Positions 1 through 13,249 of a stretch of 64,000 nt of DNA are shown piece by piece. How positions within the stretch are numbered: the stretch's first letter is position 1; each line of letters opens with the position of its first letter. The notes below the pieces were generated by a model. The model was not told where the DNA came from. It was given only the letters and a program-made list of their open reading frames with translations, and ran no database searches. This DNA is from Dictyostelium discoideum (lineage: Eukaryota), in NCBI GenBank assembly GCA_000004695.1, contig CM000154.2:672001-736000 (forward strand). Reading direction: 5' to 3'. The translations under genes were made by a program, and so were the position numbers.

Positions 1-1096
1 ACCACTTGTACGAAGTGGTGTATTAATTATATTTTTAATTGAATTTGCAAATGGAGTTTGATACATTGGTGAAAGATTAATTTTTTGATTACTTGAATTA
101 CCACCACTTGAACAATCGATTAAATCAATTGTACCTAATTGATTTAAAATTTCAACCAAGTGAATTGTATCCTCCATATTCCAACCATCATTTGTCCATT
201 CTTCACATGAAAGACGTACACCCAATGCTTTATTTCTTGGCCAAACTGAACGAACTGATTCAATGATTTCCAATAAGATTCTAATACGATTTATAAAACT
301 ACCACCATATTCATCAGTACGTTTATTTGATGTTGGCGAAAGGAATTGATTAATTAAATAACCATGTGCTGCATGAATTTCAATGAAATCAAATCCACAT
401 TTAAGTGAACGAATAGCTCCATCTTTAAATGCTTGAATGGTACATTGAATATCTTTAATACTCATTTCAATTGGTATTGACATATTATCACTATATCTAA
501 TCGGTGATGGACCTACAACTTCCCAACCATTACCAGATGGATCATTCTTTTCAATTGATTTTCTAGATCCTTCTAAAAATGGTGGTTGAGTTGATGCTTT
601 TCTACCTGCATGTGATAATTGTATACCAACACACTTTTTTTTTTTTTTTTTTTTTTAATAAATTAATAAATTATATGTATTTAGAAAAAAAATAATTAAA
701 TTATTGATATTATTCACTTACAGTATCATAAGAATGAATTGAATTTATAATTTTTTTCATTGCTGGTATATGACAATCATCCCAAATTCCAGCATCAGCA
801 TAGGAGATTCTACCTTCTTGTTGGACTGCTGTTGATTCAAAAATGATTAAAGCTGCACCGCCTTTGGCAAAACTACTATAGTGAATTAAATGCCAATCAT
901 TCATTAAACCACTATTATTTTTACAAGAATATTGGCACATTGGAGAAACAACAATTCTGTTTTTCAATACCATATTATTAATTTCTAATGGTGTAAAAGT
1001 TTTTGGTACTACCTCATCAATAGTTGATAAATTGCTTGGAATTCCAGAACCTTTATAATTATTTGGATATTTATATGGATATGTAAATTCTTGCAT
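1..1096 (-). CDS. NADH:flavin oxidoreductase / Old Yellow Enzyme family (3' end outside window)
   Basis: Minus-strand exon 1 is 1096..721 (MQEFTYPYKYP...VSPMCQYS...HSYDT) with a GTAAGT donor. Exon 2 runs from 633 to beyond the window start (CVGIQLSHAGRKAS...HAAHGYLINQFLSP...). Both carry classic OYE motifs. The intron is 634..720 with an AG acceptor. Confidence 0.85.
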
Positions 1097-2076
1097 TATT
1101 TTTATTTATTTATTTATTTATCTATTTATTTATTTATTTATTTGATTTTTGTTTACTTTTGCAAAAGTGATGGTTTTTTTTTTTTTTTTTATTTTATTTT
1201 ATACTGGACATTTTTTTAAAATATAAAATTTATTGTATGTAGATTAAACCACCCATTTTAAGTAATTATTTGACTTGTTAGATCATTTTTGAATAAAGTT
1301 TGAAATTAAAGTTATTTTTAATACTTTAATACTTTCCAAATTATAAAAAAAAAAATAAAAAAATAAAAAAAAAAATAAAAAAAAAAAAAAAATTTCAACC
1401 AACAATACCCGTCTCCAATTAATTTTCGAAAAATTCTGAACTTACACCAATATTGTAATCCAAATACCTCATCAAGACAATCCGATTTTTGATGAATTTT
1501 CAATTTTCCTACTTTTATGAATTTAAAAATAAAATTATCATCATCATCACAAAAAGCCTTTATTTAAAAAAAAAAAAAAAAAAAAAAAAATGCAGTTCGC
1601 TAAAATAAAAAGACATCAAAAAAAAAAAAAAAAAAAATTTATATATTTTTAAAAATAAATATATATATATAATTTTTATATATTAAAAAATTTCAAACTA
1701 ATATATTTTTTTTTTTAAAAAACATTGATGGTTGGTTGTTATTAAAATGATAATGCATATAAAAATTTCAAAATTTAGTTTGTTTTCTTAAAAATTTTCA
1801 TTTTTGTTTGCGAAAAAATTGATATTTTTTTTTTTTCGAAAAGACCCATAAAAAACAAAAAATGTTAATCAATTGCCCTTAAATTATAAATTTTAAACAT
1901 ATGTTGTTGGGAATTATTAGGACATCAGGTTTAAAACCTATTCAGACACCAGAATACAATTTGAATTGAGCGGGCAACGTTCCTTTCACTCTGCACTACA
2001 TCAGCATTACTAGAGAGAAAGGTTGAAAAACCTCTATCGAAGGTGGTGGAACTGCTGAGAAGTAACAGCAATAAAT

Positions 2077-2804
2077 AAAACATTCAAACCGATAGATGAG
2101 AGGTTCAAAATCCATCCAGTTAGTAGGGACTAAAAAACTACAAAACATAAACCCGATCCGATACCTAAGACTCCTTTTTTTTTTTTTTTTTTTTTTTTTA
2201 ATAAATCAAATAAGGTGAGATACAACACAGCAATACCCAAAGTATTCATAAACATCAACAGCATTTCTCACCAAAAAGGTAGAAACACCCTCTTCAGATT
2301 CTTCTCAAGATCACTTCCAGGTATCAACCACGAAAGAGACACCAGATGCAAGATCTGTGGCCACCTATTCAGAGACCCTTATTCTCACCTCTTCACTCTA
2401 TGCCAAGATATCCTAGATATTGAAAAAACCATCATATCAACAGTTAACAAACTATCATTCATCAAAATCCACAGATGGTCAATGGAAACCTTAGACATAT
2501 CAAAATACAACAGAACTGAGAGAATCTTCCCCAATCTCATAGGAATAATAGCACACCAATTATGGAAGATAATCTGTCACAAATTGTTCAACACTGATGA
2601 AAGCAAACCAGAGCCAAAATTCGAACAAAAGGTCATAGAAACAGAATTACTAAATCTCATCGAAACTGAAAAATTCATCACACTAAAGAAAATCAAACAC
2701 GACGAAGCAATACTAAAAAACACCAATCAAGATCTTCACAAATACAAATTCAACAAAGCCTGGCAAACCCCAGCAGCTCCGAACCCTCTTCCAATTTAAG
2801 TAGT

Positions 2805-2861
<57 letters not shown>

Positions 2862-3040
2862 ATATAATATAGTTTAAAAAATTTAATACAATTGAATAAT
2901 AAAAATAAAACCGTTTAACAAACACCGCCGAAAAGACACAAGGACATTCCTTGAAGGTCTGATCACAGGTAAAAAAAAAAAAAAAAAAAAATCAAATAAT
3001 CACATGACCTTGGAGTCTTGGTCTGCCCACGAATTTAAGT
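2077..3040 (+). mobile_element. Putative retroelement-like insertion with internal ORF and oligo(A) tails (family not identified)
   Basis: ORF 2215..2799 (194 aa) has no recognisable domain. It is followed by A(53) at 2808-2860 and A(22) at 2971-2991. The segment is bracketed by 'aaataaaacattcaaa'+'gaggttcaaaatcc' (2077-2112) and 'cttggtctgcccacgaatt' (3021-3040). The same motifs sit contiguously at 21661-21709 without the insert. Confidence 0.35.
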
Positions 3041-3137
3041 GTAAAGTTTATTTTATTTAAACTGGGTGCCTGCAAACATTATCTCATCGACCGATTTATC
3101 GAATTTTAATACTAAAATCTTAAAAACTAGAAAGAAA

Positions 3138-3247
<110 letters not shown>

Positions 3248-3762
3248 CACCTTATTTGAAAATTCAAATTAAAAAAAAGAAATAGCTTTACATTTTAAAA
3301 TTAAAATTCATAAATAAAACCATTATAAAAATATTGAAGTATATCAATAGGTTTAATTTAATTATTGTTTATTTTATAATAAAAAAAAAAAAAAAAATGA
3401 AAATTAATAAATAAAAATAATTAAAATTCTATATTAAAAATAAATATAAAAAAAATAAAAATAAAAAAGATTGTTTTTTAATTACCATTTCTTTTATAAA
3501 AAAATAAATAAAAAAATAATACCATAATAAAGATAATGTTTGCATCACCATTAGAGAAAATGGCAATTGTAATTCAATCTAAAAATAGTGATGGAATGAT
3601 TATCATTTTACTTTTAAATGATATTTATATTTATTTACCAATCCTTCAATTTTATCATTTGTTCAATTAACTTTAATTAAATTATATCCACCACAAATAT
3701 TATTATAAAATAAATAAATAAATAAATAAATAAATAAACAAAACATATGTATTTTAAAAAAT

Positions 3763-4881
3763 TTATTTGTCATCTTTATTTTTGTTAATTTCATCAGATG
3801 ATTCTTTATTTTGATCTTGTTGTTGTTGTTGTTGTTGCTGTTTTTCAAAATGGAAATTACCATGATAATCTAATCTTTTAATTACAAAATCATCAGTTTT
3901 TGGGAATGGTTCATTAATTGAATCATCATTTGATTGTTGTGGTTCAATTCCTTGTTGTTGTTGTTGTTGTGATAATGTAACACTATTATTTTCATTTGTT
4001 AAAATTGAAGGTATTGAAGAATCATTATCAAATTTATAACCAAATGAACTTGTACCAGAAATTTCACTAAAATGTTTTTTTGCAGAACCACGTTGTAATG
4101 GTTTTTGTTGTGATTCATGTGGTGCCCAACCGATTAAATAAATGATTTGAAAAGTTGCAGGAATTGAATTATTATCTTCATTACCATATAAATGTTTATA
4201 GATTGCAGATGCAGCTAAGAATGTATCTTTACTTGTATAGTTTCTTCTTTTTAAGATTGCATTATTTTCACCCATATTTTGTAAATCTCTCATTAATACA
4301 AACATATTATCATAATTTATTGTAATCTTTTCAGTGTCCACTGTTGGTAATGTGTATCTATTCTTTGATAAAATGTTACCAATATCACTAATCTTTGTAA
4401 ATGGTGATACATGTGGACTAAATCCACCCTCTCTTTCAATCTCTGCTAAATATAATGAATCTTTTAATTCCATCAATGTATCCTCACCAAATAACGATGC
4501 CAAAAACACACCATTTGGTTTTAATAATCTCTTTAATCCTCCAAAAACTCCTGGTAAATCATTTACCCAATGTAATGATAAATTACTTATAATTAAATCT
4601 AAACTTTGATCTTCAATACCTTCAATTTTATCTTCTAAACTATTAACTAATATTTTTGTAGGTTTAACTTTATTATTATTATTATCATCTTCATTCTCTT
4701 GAGAGACATTATTATCATCTCTATATAATAATTCTTTTGATGATTCAACCATATAATATTTATCAATTTTTGCACCTTTTTCTTGTATATATTTAAATAA
4801 TGCTCCATTTCTACTACCAAAATCTAAAACATTACCACATTTTATATCTTTAATATCCTTTTTTAATAAATTAATTAGAAA

Positions 4882-4917
<36 letters not shown>

Positions 4918-5136
4918 TACTAAAATTCTATCAGCTAATCTATCAGCAACTTCATTCATTAAATAATCATAATGTTTTGGGTCATCAACATTTGTAACTG
5001 TATTATTTTTTTGAATAGTTTTTACATTTGTATCAAAAATTGTCATTTTCGTATAATTTGAATATTGTCTTGTTTGATTCCAATCTTTGGAAAAACATTT
5101 TAAATTAAATCCTTTTCTAAATGTTGTTCTTAACAT
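3763..5136 (-). CDS. ndufaf5: SAM-dependent methyltransferase, mitochondrial complex I assembly factor NDUFAF5-like
   Basis: The translation shows VLDFGSRNGALF (SAM motif I), LIISNLSLHWVNDLP, PNGVFLASLFGEDTLMELKDSLYLAEIEREGGFSPHVSPF and IGWAPHESQQKPLQRGSA. Proposed exons are 5136..4921 and 4857..3763. The in-frame poly-K at 4858-4920 is an intron (GTATGT donor, AAG acceptor, 63 bp). There is an N-terminal mitochondrial presequence and a C-terminal polyQ tail. Confidence 0.8.
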
Positions 5137-5561
5137 TTATTTATTATTTTTATTATTATTGTTTTCGTTTTTTTAATTTTTTTAAAAAGGAAGGGGACAA
5201 TAGAAAAATAAAAAAAAAATGGTGAAAATATGAAAAATAAAAAAAATAAAAATTTTTTATATTACCACAAATGTTCAGTTTTTTTTTTTTTTTTTGGAAT
5301 GAAACCAAAACCAGTGATTAATTAAATAAAATTTTTATTAAACAAATATATATGTATATATATATTGAATATTTTTTCATGCCAATAAATCGGATTTATT
5401 TGGGTTGGAGGTTTTGTTTTTTAACTAATAACCCTGATTTTTTTTCAAAGTTTCTTGGTTTAATATCTTCAAGTATATGAAATTCTTTTTCCTCCTATTC
5501 ACAATATTTGTGTGTACCATATGGACTTTTTGGTGTAATAGAATTGGTTACTGAAGTTCAA

Positions 5562-5594
<33 letters not shown>

Positions 5595-5715
5595 TGAAAA
5601 TTAATAAATAAAAATAAAAATAAAAAGATTGTTTTTTTTTTTTTTTTTTTTATTATATTTTTTTTTTACCAATTCTTTTAAAAAAATAAATAAAAAAATA
5701 AAACTATTATAGATA

Positions 5716-6399
5716 ATGTATAAATTCTACTCAAAAATTTTACAAAACACAATTAAAAATAGTCATTTATTATTTTCTACAATAAGTTATTGCACTCGTT
5801 TTAGCACATCTCATGAATGGGTTAAAATGTTAAATAAAGGAAATATTGCAACTATTGGATTCTCAAGTTTTTCATCTGGATTTGTATTATTTTTTTTTTC
5901 AAGTTTAGAAATTTTTTTTTTTTTTTTTTTTTTAACTAATTTTATTTGTTTAAAAAAAAAAAGATAGGTAAATTTAATAATATAAAATTACCAACTGTTA
6001 ATTCTTATTGCAAATTAAATGAACCAATTGGATTAGTTGGATCACCAGATTCAACTAAAGAAGTGCTCCAATCTCTGGTAAATGTATTGAAGTAAATAAT
6101 GAATACTCAAAGAACCTAATTTAATTATTGAAAGTCCAGAAAGAAAGGGTATGTAATAAAAAAAGATAAAATTCATAAAAATAATAAATAATTTTTTACA
6201 AAGAGTTACTAAAATTATTTTTTTATATTTTTAAAAAGGATGGTTGGTAAAAATTGAAGTTGATAATCATGAAGATTTTGAAAATTTAATGACTAGAGAA
6301 GAGTATCAAAACTTTTTAAACAATAAAGTTGGTGGTGATATTAAGGATAGTGGTGAAAATATTGACAGTGGAATCCCAGGAACATTAATCTTAGGTTAA
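5716..6399 (+). CDS. Glycine cleavage system H-protein-like paralog (copy a), splicing unresolved, possible pseudogene
   Basis: Coding segments are 5716..5883 (…FCTRFSTSHEWVKMLNKGNIATIGFSS), 5964..6077 (IGKFNNIKLPTVNSYCKLNEPIGLVGSPDSTKEVLQSL), about 6103..6148 (ILKEPNLIIESPERKG) and 6239..6399 (WLVKIEVDNHEDFENLMTREEYQNF…*). The second and third segments are +1 out of phase, with no canonical GT-AG path joining them. Confidence 0.45.
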
Positions 6400-6625
6400 T
6401 AAAAAAAAAAAATTTGTAAACAATTCCACAAAAAAAAAAATTTGTAAACAATTCCACAAAAAAAAAAATCTAAAAAAAAAAAATCTTAAAAAAAAAAAAA
6501 ATTTCTTTAAAATAAAAAGAATCTCAAAAAAAAAGTAGTAAAAAAAACATTTTAAAAAAAAAAAATGTCTCACAAAAAAACATTTTCAAAAAAAAAAAAA
6601 AAGTTTGTTCACGTTTTCAAATTCA

Positions 6626-6657
<32 letters not shown>

Positions 6658-6741
6658 GTTTTTTTTTTTTTTTTTTTTTTATTTTTATTTTTATTTTTAT
6701 TTTTATTTTTTAACCTCTTATAGATATATACTTTTAAAAAA

Positions 6742-7195
6742 ATGTTAAAAACCTTAAGATTTGGAACAAGAGCATTCGGCCAAAATTTAAATATTGCCAA
6801 AAGAAACTTTTGTACTAGATACACAAACGATCATGAATGGGTCACTTCTCTTGGTTCTCAAAATTATAGATTGGGTATTACCGATTTTGCCCAAAAACAA
6901 GTAAGTATATTTCAAATATTTTCATAAATTTTTTTTTTTTTTTTTTTTAAGTTATTATAACACATTAATTAACCATTAAAAAAAAAAAAAAAAAAAATAG
7001 TTAGGTGATATTGTCTTTGTTGAAATACCACAAATTGGAGCAACATTATCTCAAGGTCAACCAATAACAGTAGTTGAATCAGTTAAAGCAGCTAGCGATA
7101 TCTATATTCCAATGGATGGTTCAATTACTACTGTAAACCAAGAATTAGAAAGTTCACCAGAGTTAGTAAATGAAGAACCAATGGGCGATGGTAAG

Positions 7196-7226
<31 letters not shown>

Positions 7227-7264
7227 TTATTTAGTTAAAATAATTTATATTAATTACAATTACA

Positions 7265-7357
<93 letters not shown>

Positions 7358-7484
7358 TTTTTTTTTTTTTTTTTTTTTTCAAACACAAAAAGGTTGGATT
7401 GTTGAGTATAAATCAAGCAAAACTGATCAATTCCAAAGTTTAATGAATAAAGCCCAATATGATGAATATATTAAAGAACATTAG
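6742..7484 (+). CDS. gcvH: Glycine cleavage system H protein (copy b, canonical lipoyl-lysine motif)
   Basis: Exons are 6742..6900, 7001..7190 and 7393..7484, with GTAAGT donors at 6901 and 7191 and AG acceptors. The protein reads …FCTRYTNDHEWVTSLGSQNYRLGITDFAQKQ|LGDIVFVEIPQIGATLSQGQPITVVESVKAASDIYIPMDGSITTVNQELESSPELVNEEPMGD|GWIVEYKSSKTDQFQSLMNKAQYDEYIKEH*. Intron 2 contains (ATT)n. Confidence 0.85.
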
Positions 7485-7686
7485 AAACATTGTTTTTTCC
7501 ACTAATTTTTAATTTAGGATAATGACCTAAAAAAAAAAAAAAAAAAGATCAAAAATAATATGATCAAAAATAAAAATAGAAAAAAGATATTTGTTAACAT
7601 ATTATATTTTAAATAGAAAAATCAAAAATGAATTGTTTTTGTTATTTTTTTATTTTTTTTTTATTTTTTTTATTTTATTATTATAT

Positions 7687-8002
7687 TTATTCATTGCTAA
7701 CAAAATGATTTTGATGGTAATCATCATCTTCTCCAAAAACACTGATTCTTTTAATTTCATTTACAATGTCTGGATATTCATTAAATCTTAATAAAATTCC
7801 TTTCAAATCTTCAATTTTTGGTGGAAATCCTAATCTATTCATTTCATTTGCAATTTTTAAACAAGTTTTAGCATAACCAACTTTTGCTGTTCCAAACATT
7901 AAAGTTCTGAAAAAAAAAAAAAAAAAAAAAAGAATAAAAAAAAAAGTATTAATATTTTATATTTATTTTATATTTATTATTATTATTGAAAGAACTATTT
8001 TA

Positions 8003-8035
<33 letters not shown>

Positions 8036-9762
8036 TTTTACTTACAAATAAATATAATAATCACCTTCAATACCATTATTTTTCATTTGGTGTAAAATTT
8101 CTAAAGCTTTTTCTAATCTTCTATGATCAACATACATTTTGATGATGATACCATAAGTGATTATATCTGGTTTAATATTATGTTTTGGATATTCTATATC
8201 GAAAGTTTCTCTAGCTCTATTTAAACGACCTGAATGTGTAAGAACTTTCAAGTATTCATCCATTGGATATTTTGTGAGAGGGATACCTCTTTCTTTCATT
8301 TCTTGTAAAACCTTTTCAGATTTTTCAATGTTTATTGATAGTCCAGTCTTGTTTAAATAGGTTTTCTTTGAGATGATTTGATTATTTGCATAGCCAAACA
8401 AAGCACATGTGAATACTCTTTGATCTGGTTTTTGTTTGAAATCATCACGATTGTATAACAATTCTCTATAGATTTTTTCAAAAACTTGAACCTCGCCTCT
8501 CTTTGCTGCTCCCTTCATTAGTGATGTGTAAGTGATGATATCAGGTTTGAATTTATGTAAAGCCATATCTTGTAATAGTTCAAATGACTTCAAATAGTAA
8601 TGATCATCAGAACGTTTTGCACATGCATATATCAATGAATTGAAGGTGACTTCGGTTGGTGTCAAATTTAAGTACTTGAATTCTTCGTAATATTGGAATG
8701 CCTTTTCCACAAGATCATTCTTTGCGCATGCATCAACCATCACTGATAAGGTAACTGAATCAGGTTGCATACCTTTAATTCTTGCCTCTGAAAATAATTG
8801 GATTGCCAATTTAGGTTTTTTATTTTTTACAAGACCATTTATCAATGATGTATAATTTATATGATCTGGTAATAAACCATAGGTGGTCTCCATTGAATTT
8901 AAAATTTGAAATGATTCATCCACTTTACCATTAGCCATGTGTACTATAAATAATGAATTGAAAATATGATTATTTGGTTTAATTCCATTTGCTAACATTT
9001 TTTCAAATACCATTAAACAATTATCAATATCTTTACAATTTGCTAAACCACTTAAAATACAAGAATAAAGTCTTAGATTTAATTCAACTGATTTTTCCTA
9101 AGAAAAAAAATAAAATTAAATATAAATATATTAATAAATTATTTTAAAAATCAATATATATATATTATTATTATTATTATTATTATTATACACCTTACTT
9201 CAAATAATTTCATAATTTCTAAAATTCTATTTGGATGATTTGATAAACCCATACGTTGAATAAATTTAATTGCTAATGGAATAGTGAAATTATTTTGTCT
9301 AAAGAAAATATAAGGATCAACCGATTCTGTTGAGAAATTATATAAATGTTGTTTACCTTTTCCAAGGATTGGTTGAACATGTGGTTCTAATAACATATTG
9401 TATTGAACTCTTTTTGATGGATCTGATAATGGTGAACTTGTATTTGGTAATAATTTAGCTCTTTCAATTAATTCTGGTCTAATATATTCATCTCTTGTTT
9501 TTTTTGAAATATTTAATTGTTCACTTTCTCCATATTTTTTCTTTTCTAAATGAAATTTATTTTTATCTTCCGTTATTATAACTTCATCTCTATAGATACT
9601 ATTAATTTTATTTATTGGTGGTTGTATTTCTTGTTGTTCTTGAGGATTTTTCCATGATGATGATGATGATGATGTTGTTGAAAAACTTCTATAAATCTTT
9701 ATGAATTTTCCTTTATTTTTATTTATATTATTTAAATTTAATAATTTATTAAAAACTGACAT
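7687..9762 (-). CDS. Pentatricopeptide-repeat (PPR) protein, probable mitochondrial
   Basis: Exons are 9762..9199, 9097..8046 and 7906..7687, with donors GTAAGG (9198) and GTAAGT (8045) and cttAG/ttcAG acceptors. Tandem PPR-like 35-aa repeats recur (…ITYTSLMKGAAKRGEVQVFEKIYREL…, …VTFNSLIYACAKRSD…). The N-terminus is Ser-rich. Confidence 0.75.
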
Positions 9763-9901
9763 TGTCTATTTTTTATAAAAAAATATATAATTGATTTTTT
9801 TTTTTTTTTCCAAAGTTTTCAAAACCAATAAAAGTTTATAATTTAAAAGAAAAAAAAAAAAAAGGGGGTATGTACAAGTATAATCACTTTTTATTTGTGA
9901 T

Positions 9902-9936
<35 letters not shown>

Positions 9937-10722
9937 CGCAACCAATAAAAGTTTTATAAAAAAAAAAAAAAAAAAAAAAATAAAATAATGTAAAATAAAA
10001 AAAACGAAAAAAAAAAAAAAAATAAAATAAAATAAATGAAAAAAACAAAAAACGAAACGAATTGTAAAAAAAAAAAAAAAAAAATAAAAATAAAAATAAA
10101 AAAAAAAAAAAAATAAATAATAGATATTTTTAAGTAAATTAATATTAATTGAATTTTTTTGGTACTAAAATTTATTATTTTCACAATAAACACAAATAAT
10201 CATACAATGATAACAGTTTTTAAGTAAATTAATATTAATATGAATTTTTATTTTTATTTTTATTTTAATATTGTAAAAACCATTCAAATTTGCCCACTTT
10301 TTCTAATTCCAAATATTTTTATATGGGAGCTCATATAAAATTAATATGTATAATTTTAAAATTTTGAAAAGTGCTCAAACTTGAATGGTTTTTACAATAT
10401 ATTTTTTTTTTCATTAAATTATTTTTATTTAATTTTTATTTTATTTTATATTTTATTTAATCCATTTGTTTCTATTTCATTTAAATATATATAAAATCTA
10501 GGATATCCCAAAATTGGGAAAATGAATTTTTTTTTATTTTTAATTTTTTTTTATGTGTGTGAATTAAAAAAAGTCAAATCATTTTTTTTTGATGACCAAA
10601 CAAAATTTTTCATTTTTTTTTAAAAAAAAAAAAAAAAAAAAATTGAATTTTTTTTATATTTTTTTTTTTTTATTTTTAATTTATTTATTTAACATCACCA
10701 AACAAATATTTACATACATAAA

Positions 10723-11036
<314 letters not shown>

Positions 11037-11409
11037 ATTTGTAAAAAACAATTAATAATAATAATAATAAAATAAGTGAAAATAAATATATAGAAAAGGA
11101 AATACAAGAAAAAGAAAAAGAAAAATAATGATTAAAATTTTAATAATGTAAAAAAAAAAAATAAAATAATAAAAAAAAAATAAACAACTCAACTCACTTT
11201 ACCTCATCGCAACAATCTCTTTTAAAACAAAAACCCCCCAAATCAGTAATAAAAAAAAAAATAATAAAATAAAATAAACTTTATTGATTTATTTTAAGAT
11301 TGCGTCTTAAAATAAATCAATGATGATTAAAAAAAAAAAAATTACATAATTCTATTTTTATTTTCAGTTTTTTATTTTTTTTTGTTATTTTTCTTTTTTT
11401 TTAATTTTT

Positions 11410-12092
11410 TTAAAATGGTAATTTATTTAAAGCAGAGGAATTTTTACCATCTTGCCATTCACTTCTGGTGATCCAAATTTCTCTTGTACTTTCCAAACAA
11501 CCTAAAATTGCACCACCTCTCCAACCAGCATGACGACAATCAACATCACTTCTAATGGAACTATTGGCAAAACCAATATAATTTTCAAGTGGCATTATAG
11601 TTGTAGAGGATGGTGTTGGGGTGGTTGTAGCAGAGTTTGTGGAATTTTGTAATTGTTGTTGTAATTGTTGTTGTTGTTGTTGTTGTTGTTGTAGTTGTTG
11701 TTGAAATTGTAATTGTTGAGCTTGATATTGTTGTTCCAATTGTTTAAATATACAAACTCTTAGTACATCTTGAATACCAGGTGCTAAGGCACCACCACCA
11801 ACCAAAAGAATATTTGATAAGTATTTCTTTTTATTTATATCACTTCTCTCCAATTGTGATACACTCTTTAAAATTGCAATATCCAATGGAATATCAATAT
11901 AATTATCTTCACAATTTGATGAGGATTCTATTTTTAATTTCTTTGTTGGTGATGATGTTGTTGAAGTTGAAGTTGATGGTACCGTTGAATTTGAATTAGA
12001 AATTGATGGTACTGTTGAGTTTGAATTTAAAGTTGATGGTACTGTTGAATTTGAATTTAAAGTTGATGTTACAATTGTAACATTATTAAAAC

Positions 12093-12156
<64 letters not shown>

Positions 12157-12221
12157 ACTATTAATATTACTATTACTACCACTATTATTATTATTATTAT
12201 TATTATTACTACTACTACTAC

Positions 12222-12252
<31 letters not shown>

Positions 12253-13203
12253 AATATTATTAATTATATTATTATTAATAATATTATTATTATTACTACC
12301 ATCTTTATTATCTCTACTTGTATTATTTTGAGCAAAGCTAAGTATATGACTATGATCATCGAATGGATCTTCATGATCATATGATGATAGGTAATGATTA
12401 TAATAATGTTTTTGATCTTCAACATATAAATTACTTTCACTAGTATTTGCCAATGATCTTGATTTAATTAGATAATTTACAGAACTTCCACCAAATTGTG
12501 ATAAAATATTTGGATAAAATAAAGACATACCAACAACTTGATAAACTTCATCTGCATTAAAATGATAAATATTCATATGTTTATCATGTTTAATATCTTT
12601 AACTTTAAATGTACCAACTCTTTGTTTTTGAAAATCATTCTATGATTATTATTAAAAAAAAAAAAAAAAAAAAAAAAGTTAATAAATATTTTAAATCTTT
12701 TGTTTATACTCTATATAATAATAATAATAATAATAGGATAACCTACATAATAATAATCTAAATTTTCAATTTTAATATTATCAAAAACATTTAAATAAAA
12801 TGGAGAGAAATCGACTAATTCATAAATTGAAGATTTGAAAGGAAAATAATATTTATGTATTTGTTTTGCAACCATTTGTCTTGTTAATGTATCAGAATCA
12901 CTCTTATCCATACCAGTTAAAAGATATTCCAATAGTTTTGTTAATTGTTCACCACCATAGCCAAGTGTTAATCTAGTATTTGGTAAAAGGTAACCTTCAT
13001 CAACACATGCAATCGATATCTTTTGATGACCTAAATCAATAACACATGATTGTGTTGCCATTGATACTCCAAACGATGAACAAATTGATTCTTGAAAGAA
13101 TAATACTGATGTAAATTGTAATTCCTTTAATAATAATGTTGTAATTTGTTTTAATGATTTTCTATCAATATTATCTGTAACAACATAAACACATCCATAG
13201 CTC

Positions 13204-13249
<46 letters not shown>

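Noticed and set aside
1318-1503. ORF in poly-A/T tract (KFFFFFYFFFYFF…)
   Set aside because: It is a translation of homopolymer runs in intergenic DNA, with no protein-like composition.
6407-6465. 29-bp tandem duplication tttgtaaacaattccacaaaaaaaaaaa x2
   Set aside because: It is a minor slippage duplicate in the 3' flank of H-protein copy a, with no further structure.
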